From the sequence record DRR378314_946: DNA of 37,923 bases. The stretch is one strand, 5' to 3'. Shown in pieces: positions 17,221-27,042 of this stretch. The first letter of the stretch is position 1; each line of letters opens with the position of its first letter. Below the pieces are notes generated by a model that was not told the DNA's origin, searched no databases, and worked only from the letters and a program-made list of their open reading frames with translations. A program made the position numbers and the translations under genes.

Positions 17221-20200
17221 ATGAAGATTAAATTCAAGGTTCAGCCTTACCAGACAAATGCCGTTGAAAGTGTTGTAGACTGTTTTTCAGGTCAGCTTTT
17301 TAACGATAATATCAGCTATATGATCGACCCTGGCAGTGAGAAAGGAAAACTCGCGCTGGATGAAGGGTTTAAAAACACTGACCTGCAACTGACTAATGCG
17401 CAAATCCTAGAAAACATCCGCGAGGTTCAACGCCGCCAGAACATCCCGCTTTCAGAAGGTTTAAACGCTTATTGGGACGCAGAAAAGAATAAGGCCATGC
17501 CTGCCAAGTATATTGCAGGCAGCGGCATAAATCTTGATGTGGAAATGGAAACAGGTACAGGTAAAACCTATTGTTATATCAAAACCATTTTTGAGATGAA
17601 CAAACGCTATGGCTGGTCAAAATTCATCATCATGGTGCCCAGTATTGCCATCCGTGAAGGTGTTTATAAATCTTTGCAAATGACGGCAGAGCATTTCACT
17701 GAAGGCTACGGCAAGAAAGCACGTTTCTTCATCTATAATTCCAAGCGCCTGCATGAGCTGGAAAGCTTTTCCAGTGACGCTGGTATTAACGTCATGATCA
17801 TTAATATACAGGCGTTTAATGCCAGCGGTGCTGATAACCGCCGCATTTATGATGAGTTGGACGACTTCCAAAGTCGTCGCCCCATTGATGTGATCAACAG
17901 CAACCGTCCAATTTTGATTTTGGATGAACCGCAAAAGATGCAGGGAACAGCCACACAGAAGGCACTCCCAGAATTTAACCCACTCTTTATCCTTCGGTAT
18001 TCAGCCACACACAAGGTCGTACATAACCGCATTCACCGTCTTGATGCGCTTGATGCCTATAACCAAAAGCTGGTGAAGAAGATTGCTGTGCGCGGCATTC
18101 AAATGCGCGGCCTTTCAGGCACGGACGCATACCTGTATTTGGAATCTATTGAAATATCCAAGCAAGCGCCAAAGGCTCGGCTGGAAATGGAAGTGAAGCT
18201 GGCGAGCGGCGAGATTAAACGCCAAGTCAGATCATTCACGGTGGACACGAACCTCTATGATGAATCAAACGGGCTGGATCAATATCGTGGCTTTACCATC
18301 TCCCAGATTGATTACAACAAGGATGAAATTGAGTTTACCAATGGCGTAACCATAACCGCTGGTGAGGCCACAGGGGATGTGAATGAAGATCATATCCGTC
18401 GCATTCAAATTCGCGAAACCATCAAGGCACACCTTGAAAAAGAAAAACAGCTCTTCGCGCTGGGTATCAAGGTCTTGTCGCTCTTCTTCATTGATGAAGT
18501 TGCAAAATACCGCGACTATGATCAACCTGATGATCACGGTGAATACGCCCATGTTTTTGAAGAAGAATATGAAATCCTGCGGGATGAATATCTGTCAGAG
18601 CTGGCACTGGATAACGATGATTACCGCAAGCATTTGGCTGGCATTAAGACAGGCAAAACCCATAACGGTTATTTCTCTATCGACAAGAAAACCAAGCGCT
18701 TGACCAACCCGAAGACAGGGGCGAAGTCAGTGGATTCTGATGATGTGGACGCTTATGATTTGATCCTGAAGGATAAAGAACGGTTGCTGTCCTTTGAAGA
18801 ACCGATACGCTTTATCTTCTCACACTCCGCTCTGCGTGAAGGGTGGGATAACCCCAATGTCTTTGTCATGTGTATGCTCAAGCACAGCGATAACACCATT
18901 AGCCGCCGTCAGGAGGTTGGTCGTGGACTTCGTATCGCCGTCGATAGTCACGGCGACCGTATGGATCACCCCGCAACAGTACATGAGATAAACGAGCTGA
19001 CCGTTGTGGCTAGCGAAAGCTATAAGGACTTTGTGGGTGGCTTGCAGCGTGAAATCAGTGAAGCGGTGGCTACAAGACCGAAGAAGGCGAACGAAGAGTT
19101 CTTCCTTGGCAAATTTATTGAGCCTGATACTGGCAAAGTTAAGATTGACGAACGTATGGCACGTCAAATCTATCGTTACTTGCTGAAGAACGATTATATC
19201 GATGATGATGATCAGATTAACGCCCAATATGTTGACGCGAAGAGCAGTGGCGAGCTGGCCGCACTGCCAGATGAGCTTGCGCCTTACACGCCTGAAATCA
19301 TTGACCTGATTGATAGCGTTTACAGCGATGCAGCCTTGCCGAAGATTGTTGACGGCCGTAAGCCAAAGACAAATCCGCTGAATGATAACTTCGACAAAAA
19401 AGAGTTTCAGGAACTGTGGAGCCGCATTAATCGCAAGGCAGTCTACCGTGTGGAATTTGACTCTGATGAACTGATTGGCAAATGCATAGGTGCGCTTGAA
19501 AGCGAATTGCGGGTAACACCACTACAATACACCGTTCACACGGGCGAGCAGAAAGGCTCTATCACTGATGAGCAATTGCGCACAGGCGAGAGCTTCAACG
19601 TAACTAACACCAAGACAGAGCAAGGTACGTCTATTCATTCTAAGGTGAAATATGATCTGCTTGGCAAACTGTCTGAGCAAGTACACTTGAAACGCAAAAC
19701 TATTGCTGAAATCCTTACAGGTATTCAGCCAGCCGTATTCGGGCAGTTCAAGCAAAACCCCGAGCACTTCATTGCAGAAGCATCCCGGCTGATCAATGAG
19801 CAAAAAGCGTCAATGGTGATCGAGCAGCTTCAATATGATGAAACCGATGACAGCTATGACGTGGATATATTCATGGCGAGCCAATCCAAGCAGGACTTCA
19901 GCAAGGCTGGCGATAAGTTGAAACGCCATGTCTATGACTATGCCATCACAGATTCACAGCAAGAGCGCAAATTTGTGACGGAGCTGGACACCAGTGACGA
20001 AGTGGTCGTCTATGCTAAGTTACCAAATGGTTTCCTGATCCCAACCCCTGTTGGCGACTATAACCCAGACTGGGCTATTTCCTTTAAGGAAGGCAGCGTA
20101 AAGCACATCTACTTTGTCGCTGAGACAAAAGGATCAATGTCATCCATGCAGCTCCGCGAAGTTGAAAAAAGCAAAATAAAATGCGCAAAGAAATATTTTG

Positions 20201-20292
20201 ACGAGATCAACAAACGCATCGCCCATGACAATGTGAAATACGATGTTGTCATCGACTACGGCAAGCTGATGGACGTTGTGGGAGTAAGTTGA
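17221..20292 (+). CDS. res: Type III R-M restriction subunit (Res)
   Basis: [38 protein letters not shown]-terminal YNPDW..AETK nuclease motif. Confidence 0.95.
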   Translation: MKIKFKVQPYQTNAVESVVDCFSGQLFNDNISYMIDPGSEKGKLALDEGFKNTDLQLTNAQILENIREVQRRQNIPLSEGLNAYWDAEKNKAMPAKYIAGSGINLDVEMETGTGKTYCYIKTIFEMNKRYGWSKFIIMVPSIAIREGVYKSLQMTAEHFTEGYGKKARFFIYNSKRLHELESFSSDAGINVMIINIQAFNASGADNRRIYDELDDFQSRRPIDVINSNRPILILDEPQKMQGTATQKALPEFNPLFILRYSATHKVVHNRIHRLDALDAYNQKLVKKIAVRGIQMRGLSGTDAYLYLESIEISKQAPKARLEMEVKLASGEIKRQVRSFTVDTNLYDESNGLDQYRGFTISQIDYNKDEIEFTNGVTITAGEATGDVNEDHIRRIQIRETIKAHLEKEKQLFALGIKVLSLFFIDEVAKYRDYDQPDDHGEYAHVFEEEYEILRDEYLSELALDNDDYRKHLAGIKTGKTHNGYFSIDKKTKRLTNPKTGAKSVDSDDVDAYDLILKDKERLLSFEEPIRFIFSHSALREGWDNPNVFVMCMLKHSDNTISRRQEVGRGLRIAVDSHGDRMDHPATVHEINELTVVASESYKDFVGGLQREISEAVATRPKKANEEFFLGKFIEPDTGKVKIDERMARQIYRYLLKNDYIDDDDQINAQYVDAKSSGELAALPDELAPYTPEIIDLIDSVYSDAALPKIVDGRKPKTNPLNDNFDKKEFQELWSRINRKAVYRVEFDSDELIGKCIGALESELRVTPLQYTVHTGEQKGSITDEQLRTGESFNVTNTKTEQGTSIHSKVKYDLLGKLSEQVHLKRKTIAEILTGIQPAVFGQFKQNPEHFIAEASRLINEQKASMVIEQLQYDETDDSYDVDIFMASQSKQDFSKAGDKLKRHVYDYAITDSQQERKFVTELDTSDEVVVYAKLPNGFLIPTPVGDYNPDWAISFKEGSVKHIYFVAETKGSMSSMQLREVEKSKIKCAKKYFDEINKRIAHDNVKYDVVIDYGKLMDVVGVS

Positions 20293-20316
20293 TGAAAAGT
20301 CCAGAGGGAGGGCAAT

Positions 20317-22608
20317 TTGTTAACTAATATTACACTGATTAGAAACATAGGACGATTTGATTCTGTTTCCGCTGGTGCGAATATTCCATTTGAGAAGTTT
20401 ACAATTGTCTATGGCGAGAATGGGCGAGGCAAAACTACTATTTCATCCATTTTAAAGTCTTTAGGTGCAAATGACACTGTTCTGATTACTGAAAGACACC
20501 GACTTGGAGCAACAAATCCGCCCCATGTTGTGATCAATTCAACGCTAGGCCAGCACCAGTTTCAAAATTCTGCTTGGGACGCAGGCCTAGATTCAATAGT
20601 TGTTTTTGACGATAATTTTGTGGCTCAAAATGTGTGCTCTGGGATTGAAGTCGACAATGCACATTGCAAAAACCTTCATGAGCTTATTGTAGGTGCTCAA
20701 GGCGTTACTTTGAATGATGCTCTTCAAGCAGAAATTAAAAATATTGAGCAGCATAATGCGTCAATCAAAATCCATAGAGATAAAATCCCTGAAAACGTCA
20801 GAGGAAGCCTGACTGTAGATCAGTTTTGTGCATTAGAAGATGAAGAGAATATTGATCAACTAATTGAGGATGCTGAAAAGAAAATTGCAGCAGCACAATC
20901 CGCCGAGCAGATAAAAAGCAAGAATGTATTTGCTGACTTCAGTTTACCTGAATTTGATACTGATGCGTTAAATCGACTTTTAACAAAAGGCTTGCCTGAT
21001 TTGGAGGCGGATGCAGCGGAGAGAGTTCAGACACATATCGCCAGTATTGGGAAAAATGGTGAAGCTTGGGTTGCCGACGGTATTGCTCGTGCTGAGGCTA
21101 TTGCACGTTCACAGGGGCAGAATGACTGTCCTTTCTGTGCTCAGAACATGGACAATTCTTCTGTAATCCCGCATTATCAATCCTATTTTAGTGATGCTTA
21201 CAAAAGCTTGCGGCAAGAAATTGAGGACACAGGGAAGCAGATTAATAGTAATTTTGGTGGTGATATTCCTGCCGCATATGAGAGAGCTGTTGCACAAATT
21301 AATGAGGTCAAAAACTTTTGGTCTAAATTTATAGATATTCCTACAATTGTCATCGATACAGCGGAGCTGGTTCGGAGACTAAATGCTGCTCGTGAGGCTG
21401 TTAGAAAGCACTTATTAGATAAGCATGCCGCCCCCTTTGAGGATTGTGGCGTTTCTGAAGATACTTCAGCATTGATTTCCGAATACGAAGAGCAGCGCCA
21501 ACTGAATATTCAATCCTTTTCTGATCTTTTATGTCTGAATGCGCAGCTTGAAGTGATCAAGGAACAAGCCGCCTCATCTGATTTAGCAAGCCTACAAGCT
21601 GATTTGCAGAAGCTGAAGATGATACAAATTAGGCATGCTGATCCGATAAAGACACATTGCGAAAATTATTTAGCAGCTAAAGATGCCAAAAAAGCTGCTG
21701 AAGAAGCTAGGGATGCAGCTAGGAATGCACTTAATACCTACCAAGAACAAGTATTCCCACGATATGAGCAGCTTCTTAATAACTATCTAGGTAAGTTTAA
21801 CGCCGGATATCGATTAGGCAGTATCACTAAAAGGAACACTAGGTCTGGTGCTACTTGCGACTATAAAGTTTTAATCAATAATAGTGAGGTAAACCTGAAT
21901 GCAGATGACGGCCCATCGTTCAAGAACACTTTAAGTGCTGGCGACCGAAATACTCTGGCTCTTGCATTCTTTTTTGCTTCTTTAGAGCTGGATGCCAATT
22001 TGGCTTCCAAAATAGTTGTAATTGATGATCCTATGACCAGCTTGGATGAGCATAGATCACTGACCACGCGACAAGAAATCCGCGCATTAGCAGATAAAGT
22101 TGATCAGGTTGTTGTGCTATCCCACGAGAAGCGTTTTCTTTGTGGTTTGTGGGAGGCGTCTGAACGCATCAATAGAGCTGCGGTAGTTATTGAACGTGAT
22201 GGTGCTGGCTCAACAATTGCTGCTTGGAATGTTTCAGATGACTGTATTACTGAACATGATAGGCGCTACAATATGGTTTCTGATTTTATTGAGAATTACG
22301 ACCGTACTCAGGAACGCAATGTTGCTGTTGCCTTGCGTTATATCTTGGAAGCGTTTGTACGGGTTGCTTATCCAAAGCACTTTCCTCCTGGAGCATTACT
22401 TGGCAGGTTTCATGACCAGTGCCAAAGAATGCTAGGCCAAGCTGACGAAATTTTATCAACCGTGGATACGTCAGAGCTTCGAGCCATGTTAGACTATGCA
22501 AATAAGTTTCATCATGACACAAACGCAGCTTACGAGACTGAACAGATAAATGATGCGGAATTGACAGGGTTTGCCACAAGAGTTCTGAATTTTTCTAAGC
22601 GAGGATAA
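20317..22608 (+). CDS. RloC-like ABC/SMC ATPase with zinc hook and C-terminal HEPN-like domain (putative anticodon nuclease)
   Basis: YGENGRGKTT, CPFC within coiled coil, LSAGD signature, IDDPMTSLD, LSH, C-terminal LRYILE and ANKFHH. TTG start with GGAGGG. Confidence 0.8.
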   Translation: MLTNITLIRNIGRFDSVSAGANIPFEKFTIVYGENGRGKTTISSILKSLGANDTVLITERHRLGATNPPHVVINSTLGQHQFQNSAWDAGLDSIVVFDDNFVAQNVCSGIEVDNAHCKNLHELIVGAQGVTLNDALQAEIKNIEQHNASIKIHRDKIPENVRGSLTVDQFCALEDEENIDQLIEDAEKKIAAAQSAEQIKSKNVFADFSLPEFDTDALNRLLTKGLPDLEADAAERVQTHIASIGKNGEAWVADGIARAEAIARSQGQNDCPFCAQNMDNSSVIPHYQSYFSDAYKSLRQEIEDTGKQINSNFGGDIPAAYERAVAQINEVKNFWSKFIDIPTIVIDTAELVRRLNAAREAVRKHLLDKHAAPFEDCGVSEDTSALISEYEEQRQLNIQSFSDLLCLNAQLEVIKEQAASSDLASLQADLQKLKMIQIRHADPIKTHCENYLAAKDAKKAAEEARDAARNALNTYQEQVFPRYEQLLNNYLGKFNAGYRLGSITKRNTRSGATCDYKVLINNSEVNLNADDGPSFKNTLSAGDRNTLALAFFFASLELDANLASKIVVIDDPMTSLDEHRSLTTRQEIRALADKVDQVVVLSHEKRFLCGLWEASERINRAAVVIERDGAGSTIAAWNVSDDCITEHDRRYNMVSDFIENYDRTQERNVAVALRYILEAFVRVAYPKHFPPGALLGRFHDQCQRMLGQADEILSTVDTSELRAMLDYANKFHHDTNAAYETEQINDAELTGFATRVLNFSKRG

Positions 22609-22617
22609 GGGGCGAGT

Positions 22618-22881
22618 TTGCTACTAACCAAAACGAACTTCATTCATTTCCTCCAATGTCCCAAGTCGCTTTGGGTCTATAAGAATGACAATGAGAGCTA
22701 TCCTGAGGGCAAATTCTCGGCATTCATGCAGAAATTGGTTCGTGAAGGTTATGAGGTTGAAGCATATGTGAAGGAATTGTTCGAGGGGCAAGTCAATTCC
22801 TCGATCAATTTTCAAAAAATCTTTAAAACAGATGATGGGCTTTTTGCGTTTCCGAATAGTCTCAGCTTCAAAGTTAGCTAA
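22618..22881 (+). pseudogene. 5' fragment of a DUF2779-like/PD-(D/E)XK protein, truncated near attR
   Basis: LTKTNFIHFLQCPKSLW..EGYEVEAY..FQKIFKTDDGLFA resembles such N-termini; the ORF ends after 87 aa. Confidence 0.55.
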
Positions 22882-22962
22882 GATCATATTTCTGTTTTGC
22901 CAATTCAGTGAAGTTGAAGAAGAGCGATGGAAAGTTCTTAGCAATCATTCACATTATGGAAT

Positions 22963-22997
22963 AGCAAGTAAAGATGGTTGCGAGCCCCCGCAACCAA
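22963..22997 (+). repeat. attR of island 1
   Basis: Core at 22985..22997. Arm AGCAAGTAAAGATGGTTGCG (22963..22982) is a 19/20 match to the reverse complement of 21..40. Confidence 0.9.
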
Positions 22998-23003
22998 AAC
23001 GTC

Positions 23004-23028
23004 AAAACCCGCCATTCGGCGGGTTTTT
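23004..23028 (+). terminator. Intrinsic terminator (the tRNA terminator before island 1 inserted)
   Basis: AAAACCCGCC-ATTC-GGCGGGTTTTT, 7 nt after the att CCA. Confidence 0.88.
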
Positions 23029-23051
23029 GCGTTTTGAATACTGAGTATGTG

Positions 23052-23154
23052 TTTGAACCTACGATTAAAGTAGGTTCACCCGCCGGGCCAGCAATGCACC
23101 GCATTGCGAAACAGGCCCAAGGGCAGCGAAGCTAAATCCTACCCCCGCAACCAA
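23052..23154 (+). repeat. Structured tRNA-3'-end-derived element
   Basis: Inverted T-arm copy TTTGAACCTAC (23052..23062), GTAGGTTCA (23070..23078), a 55-bp hairpin-rich insert, then a 21-bp match to positions 9..29 (23134..23154). Confidence 0.8.
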
Positions 23155-23189
23155 AATATGATAGTAATATCAATGTGATATGAAAACGT

Positions 23190-23217
23190 CTCGGATCAAT
23201 GGTCCGGAGCTTTTTTT
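23190..23217 (+). terminator. Weak intrinsic terminator after the third att copy
   Basis: Imperfect stem CGGATC-AAT-GGTCCG followed by T7. Confidence 0.45.
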
Positions 23218-23304
23218 GTTCTGGACGCAATACGGAAGCGTTTGCGCGCCGTTATCAAATGTTGTGAACTTCCGGAAATTCAAAATGGATTGGAGAGAGG
23301 GGCA

Positions 23305-23691
23305 CTGGTTCTGAAGGCATTACTGATGGCTGTTTGGTGAAGGAAACCGGCAAACAAAGTCTTGATCCATTCAGATCAAGGCTCACAATTCACCAGCTTG
23401 GATTGGGCATCGTTTCTCAAACAGCGCGATCTTGAACACTCTATGAGCTGACGTGGAAACGGCGATGAAAATGCTGTGGCTGAAAACATCTTCAGCCTAC
23501 TTAAACGTGAACGCATCCGCAGAAAAACATACAAGACACGAGGTCAAGCAAGATCAGACGCCTTTGATTACATCGAGATGTTCTAAAATCCGAAACGCAA
23601 ACACGCAAACAATGGGATGCAGTCATCCGCAGACTTCGAGAAACAGCATAAACTGAACCCGCAGGGTGAATAGAAAACACGGTGCTAATCA
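23305..23691 (+). pseudogene. IS3-family transposase remnant (C-terminal DDE region plus right IR)
   Basis: Hand translation LLMAVW*RKP..IHSDQGSQFTS..SMS*RGN..NAVAENIFSLLKRERI..FDYIEMF*NPKRKH, with stops at 23338, 23449 and 23584. Ends in IR-like TAGAAAACACGGTGCTAATCA. Confidence 0.9.
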
Positions 23692-23755
23692 CTCTATATG
23701 GGGGTTGTTTTATAGTTTATTTAACAGGATGTTAAGGTGCCTATTTGTGCGTTTA

Positions 23756-24676
23756 TCATTTAAACTTTGTGCCTGGCCACTTATTTTCACTGACTAATTG
23801 TTCTGTTAGTTGACGAATAAGCACCTCTACGGTTCTTAATGCGCTACTTGTGGGGCGAAGGATGCTTTGGGCGAGGTAAATCCGGCGCCAAATCTGTTGA
23901 TCTGAAAAGGGTGTTGCCATCAGGCGTCCTTCTTGGACCTCTTGGTGGACGGAGTGGTAGGGCAATAATGAGCTTCCATATCCTTTTTCCACCAGGTTTT
24001 TGATCGTAGGGTATGAGTCAACCTCGATTGCTGGGTTGAAATCAAACCCTCTGGATTTTAGAAGTCCTTCCAGCATGATCCGCAGGCCATGAGATTGGCT
24101 TGGCAGGATAAGCGTGCTTTCGAGGTTTGCCGAAAACGCGCCGCTTATTCGATCGGTTTTTGAAGGGGGAGAAATAAGAACAATTTCTTCCTCCAGCAGC
24201 AGGGATGATGAAATTTCCTTATTCTGAATATCCAAATATATCACAGCTAGGTCAACCTCACCCGAGGTGAGCCAGCTCTTGACGAAACCACTCATGGCTT
24301 CGGCAATGACCAGTTTTATTTTAGGAAATTTCCGCTGGCACGCTGCAATCAACGGTTCGCTGAGAACACTGCTGATGGTGCCTGGCAACCCAATCCTAAC
24401 GGTTCCTTGAGGCGTTTCACCATGGTCAATCACGTCCCGTTCCAATTTCTCCAGATCAAAAAGAATTTGGCCTGAACGGTCATATAAAATCAGTCCAATT
24501 TCGGTTGTCGTAACGCCCTTTGCATTTCTGACAAGAAGGGCTTTGCCAAATTCCTCTTCCATATTGTGGATATGCAAGGAGAGCGCTGATTGGGCAATGT
24601 TCAGCTTTTCGGCCGCTTTCGTAAAGCTGCCTTCTTGAACGATCGCTCGCAAATACTGAAGTTTCTTAATGTTCAT
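23756..24676 (-). CDS. LysR-family transcriptional regulator
   Basis: GSFTKAAEKLNIAQSALS HTH; divergent from the acyl-CoA dehydrogenase. Confidence 0.95.
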   Translation of the reverse strand: MNIKKLQYLRAIVQEGSFTKAAEKLNIAQSALSLHIHNMEEEFGKALLVRNAKGVTTTEIGLILYDRSGQILFDLEKLERDVIDHGETPQGTVRIGLPGTISSVLSEPLIAACQRKFPKIKLVIAEAMSGFVKSWLTSGEVDLAVIYLDIQNKEISSSLLLEEEIVLISPPSKTDRISGAFSANLESTLILPSQSHGLRIMLEGLLKSRGFDFNPAIEVDSYPTIKNLVEKGYGSSLLPYHSVHQEVQEGRLMATPFSDQQIWRRIYLAQSILRPTSSALRTVEVLIRQLTEQLVSENKWPGTKFK

Positions 24677-24681
24677 AATGT

Positions 24682-24696
24682 ATCTAATTTTTAGAT
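24682..24696. promoter_or_regulatory. Candidate LysR box
   Basis: ATCTAA-TTT-TTAGAT dyad (T-N11-A) in the divergent intergenic region. Confidence 0.6.
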
Positions 24697-24780
24697 GAAA
24701 AGCAGATAATATCTATATTTGAAGTAGATGTAACTAGTGATTTAATTCTTGTTACAAAAACCGCTAGCAAGGATTTTGCG

Positions 24781-25944
24781 ATGACTAATTATGACCAAGA
24801 AGAACACACTGATATTCGCGATGCCGTTCGCGCTTTATGTGCTGAATTTCCGGATGAATATCATCGTAAGGTGGATGAAGAGAGAGCATACCCTGAAGCC
24901 TTTGTAGAGGCGCTGACAAAGGCGGGCTGGATGGCCGCGCTGATCCCCGAAAATTATGGTGGGGCCGGACTGGGACTCACCGAAGCCTCTGTGATCATGG
25001 AAGAGATTAACCGCGCTGGCGGAAATTCGGGTGCCTGTCATGGTCAAATGTACAATATGAATACATTGCTCCGTCACGGATCCGAAGAACAGAGGCAAAA
25101 ATACTTACCAGCTATCGCCGCCGGTGATTTGCGGTTGCAATCCATGGGAGTTACGGAACCTACAACGGGAACAGACACGACAAAAATTAAAACAACGGCC
25201 GTTCGAAAAGGTGATAAATATGTGGTCAACGGCCAGAAGGTTTGGATCAGCCGTGTACAGCATTCGGATTTGATGATTTTGTTGGCCCGGACAACGCCGC
25301 TATCAGAAGTTAAGAAGAAGTCCGAAGGCCTCTCCATTTTCATTGTTGATATTCAGGATGCCGTCAAAAAAGGCATGACGGTGCGACCTATTCTCAACAT
25401 GGTCAATCACGAGACAAATGAATTGTTTTTTGATGAGCTTGAAATTCCGGCTGAGAATTTGATTGGGGAAGAAGGGCAGGGCTTTAAGTATATTTTGACG
25501 GGATTGAATGCAGAGCGGGCACTCATCGCGGCTGAATGTATTGGTGATGGGTACTGGTTCACTGATCGCGCGTCAAAATATGTGACGGAAAGGCAGGTTT
25601 TTGGACGGCCCATCGGACAAAATCAAGGGGTGCAGTTTCCGATTGCGGAGGCTTTTATAGAGATCGAAGCGGCCAACCTGATGCGATACAAAGCTTGTGC
25701 GTTATTTGATGCGGGCAAACCATGCGGTGCGGAAGCCAATATGGCCAAATACCTAGCCGCGAAAGCCAGCTGGGAGGCTGCAAATGCCTGTTTGCAGAGC
25801 CATGGCGGGTTCGGGTTTGCCTGTGAGTATGACATTGAGCGGAAATTCCGTGAAACCCGACTATATCAGGTGGCGCCAATTTCGACGAATTTGATTTTGA
25901 GCTATGTGGCGGAACATGTTTTAGGTATGACGAGGTCTTTTTGA
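24781..25944 (+). CDS. Acyl-CoA dehydrogenase
   Basis: VTEPTTGTD, NGQKVWIS, RQVFGRPIGQNQGVQF, HGGFGFACEY. Confidence 0.95.
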   Translation: MTNYDQEEHTDIRDAVRALCAEFPDEYHRKVDEERAYPEAFVEALTKAGWMAALIPENYGGAGLGLTEASVIMEEINRAGGNSGACHGQMYNMNTLLRHGSEEQRQKYLPAIAAGDLRLQSMGVTEPTTGTDTTKIKTTAVRKGDKYVVNGQKVWISRVQHSDLMILLARTTPLSEVKKKSEGLSIFIVDIQDAVKKGMTVRPILNMVNHETNELFFDELEIPAENLIGEEGQGFKYILTGLNAERALIAAECIGDGYWFTDRASKYVTERQVFGRPIGQNQGVQFPIAEAFIEIEAANLMRYKACALFDAGKPCGAEANMAKYLAAKASWEAANACLQSHGGFGFACEYDIERKFRETRLYQVAPISTNLILSYVAEHVLGMTRSF

Positions 25945-27041
25945 TGAGTGAAGTTTTTGAGCCATTGAAGGGACTAAAAGTCGTCGCTTTGGAACAAGCG
26001 GTCGCCGCGCCCTTTTGTACGGCACGCCTTGCGGATGCAGGGGCAGAGGTGATCAAAATTGAGCGACCTGAAGGCGATTTTGCAAGAGGTTATGATAAGG
26101 CTGCCCGGGGTCAATCCAGTTATTTTGTCTGGTTAAACCGGGGGAAAACCTCCGTCGTCCTTGACCTAAAAAGCAAAGAGGGGCGTGACCAGCTCTCGGC
26201 GCTGATAGAAGAGGCAGATATTCTCGTGCAGAATCTCAAGCCAGGCGCGATGGAAGGGCTTGGTTTTCCGCTAGAGAAACTCCGTCGTAACTACCCTGGA
26301 CTAATTACCTGTTCTATTAGCGGCTATGGAGAAAACGGTCCCTTTAAAGACCGGAAAGCATATGACTTGCTGATTCAGGCAGAGGCTGGTTTATGCTCTC
26401 TTACCGGCGGACCGGCGGAGCCATCGCGCGTGGGGATCTCCATCGTGGATATTGCGGCGGGGGCCTCTGCCCACGCGGCGATACTGGAGGCATTAATAGC
26501 CCGCGGTATCAGCGGGAAGGGGGTTGATCTCCATGTGTCAATGTTTGACGTCTTGGCTGACTGGCTCACTGTACCTTTGCTTAATCACGAGGCTGGAAAC
26601 AGCCCGAAACGTTTGGGGATGGCGCATCCGTCTATTGCTCCTTATGGCGTGTTTAAAACTTCTGATCAAATTGACATTCTCATATCGATACAAAGCGATA
26701 GGGAATGGAATATACTGTCAGAGAAGCTTATTAAAGATCCGTCGGTTACGGCAGATACCTCGCTTGCAACGAATGTCGGGCGTGTTGAAAACCGCGAGCG
26801 AACAGATGATCTGGTGGCAACAGCGTTTCAGAGCTTGACGAGTGATGAGGCGATCACCCTATTGGCGGCGGCCGGAATTGCCTTCGCAAAGGTGAATGAT
26901 ATGGCGGGCCTTTCTGAACATCCACAATTAAAGCGTATATTTATACAAACGCAAAATGGCGTCGTTTCATATCCTGCTCCGGGGGTAGAGATTAAGGGGC
27001 AGGTACGGCACTATGGAGCGGTGCCGCACCTTGGCGGTTAA
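25944..27041 (+). CDS. Class III (CaiB/BaiF) CoA-transferase
   Basis: AAPFCTARLADAGAEVIKIERP, WLNRGK, SISGYG, KAYD; TGATG coupling with the upstream gene. Confidence 0.93.
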   Translation: MSEVFEPLKGLKVVALEQAVAAPFCTARLADAGAEVIKIERPEGDFARGYDKAARGQSSYFVWLNRGKTSVVLDLKSKEGRDQLSALIEEADILVQNLKPGAMEGLGFPLEKLRRNYPGLITCSISGYGENGPFKDRKAYDLLIQAEAGLCSLTGGPAEPSRVGISIVDIAAGASAHAAILEALIARGISGKGVDLHVSMFDVLADWLTVPLLNHEAGNSPKRLGMAHPSIAPYGVFKTSDQIDILISIQSDREWNILSEKLIKDPSVTADTSLATNVGRVENRERTDDLVATAFQSLTSDEAITLLAAAGIAFAKVNDMAGLSEHPQLKRIFIQTQNGVVSYPAPGVEIKGQVRHYGAVPHLGG

Positions 27042-27042
27042 A

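Larger units (their letters stand above)
17..22997. mobile_element. Island 1: integrative mobilizable element (serine integrase, MOBF relaxase, T4CP) with defence cargo
   Basis: Direct repeats CCCCCGCAACCAA at 17..29 and 22985..22997. The rejoined ends form a 19/20 inverted repeat. Integrase sits at the left end; relaxase and T4CP are present; no VirB-type genes. Confidence 0.9.

Noticed and set aside
22832-23044. 70-aa ORF spanning attR
   Set aside because: Runs across the att core and terminator; no protein features.
22985-23154. CRISPR array or intact second tRNA
   Set aside because: Only two nearby 13-bp copies, identical to the tRNA 3' end; no D or anticodon arm and no cas genes.
23223-23239. 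GGACGC-AATAC-GGAAGC as a possible integrase arm-type repeat
   Set aside because: Too short and imperfect, with no cognate tyrosine integrase in the window.
23453-23692. ORFs 23453..23656 and 23501..23692
   Set aside because: Alternative frames of the IS3 remnant.
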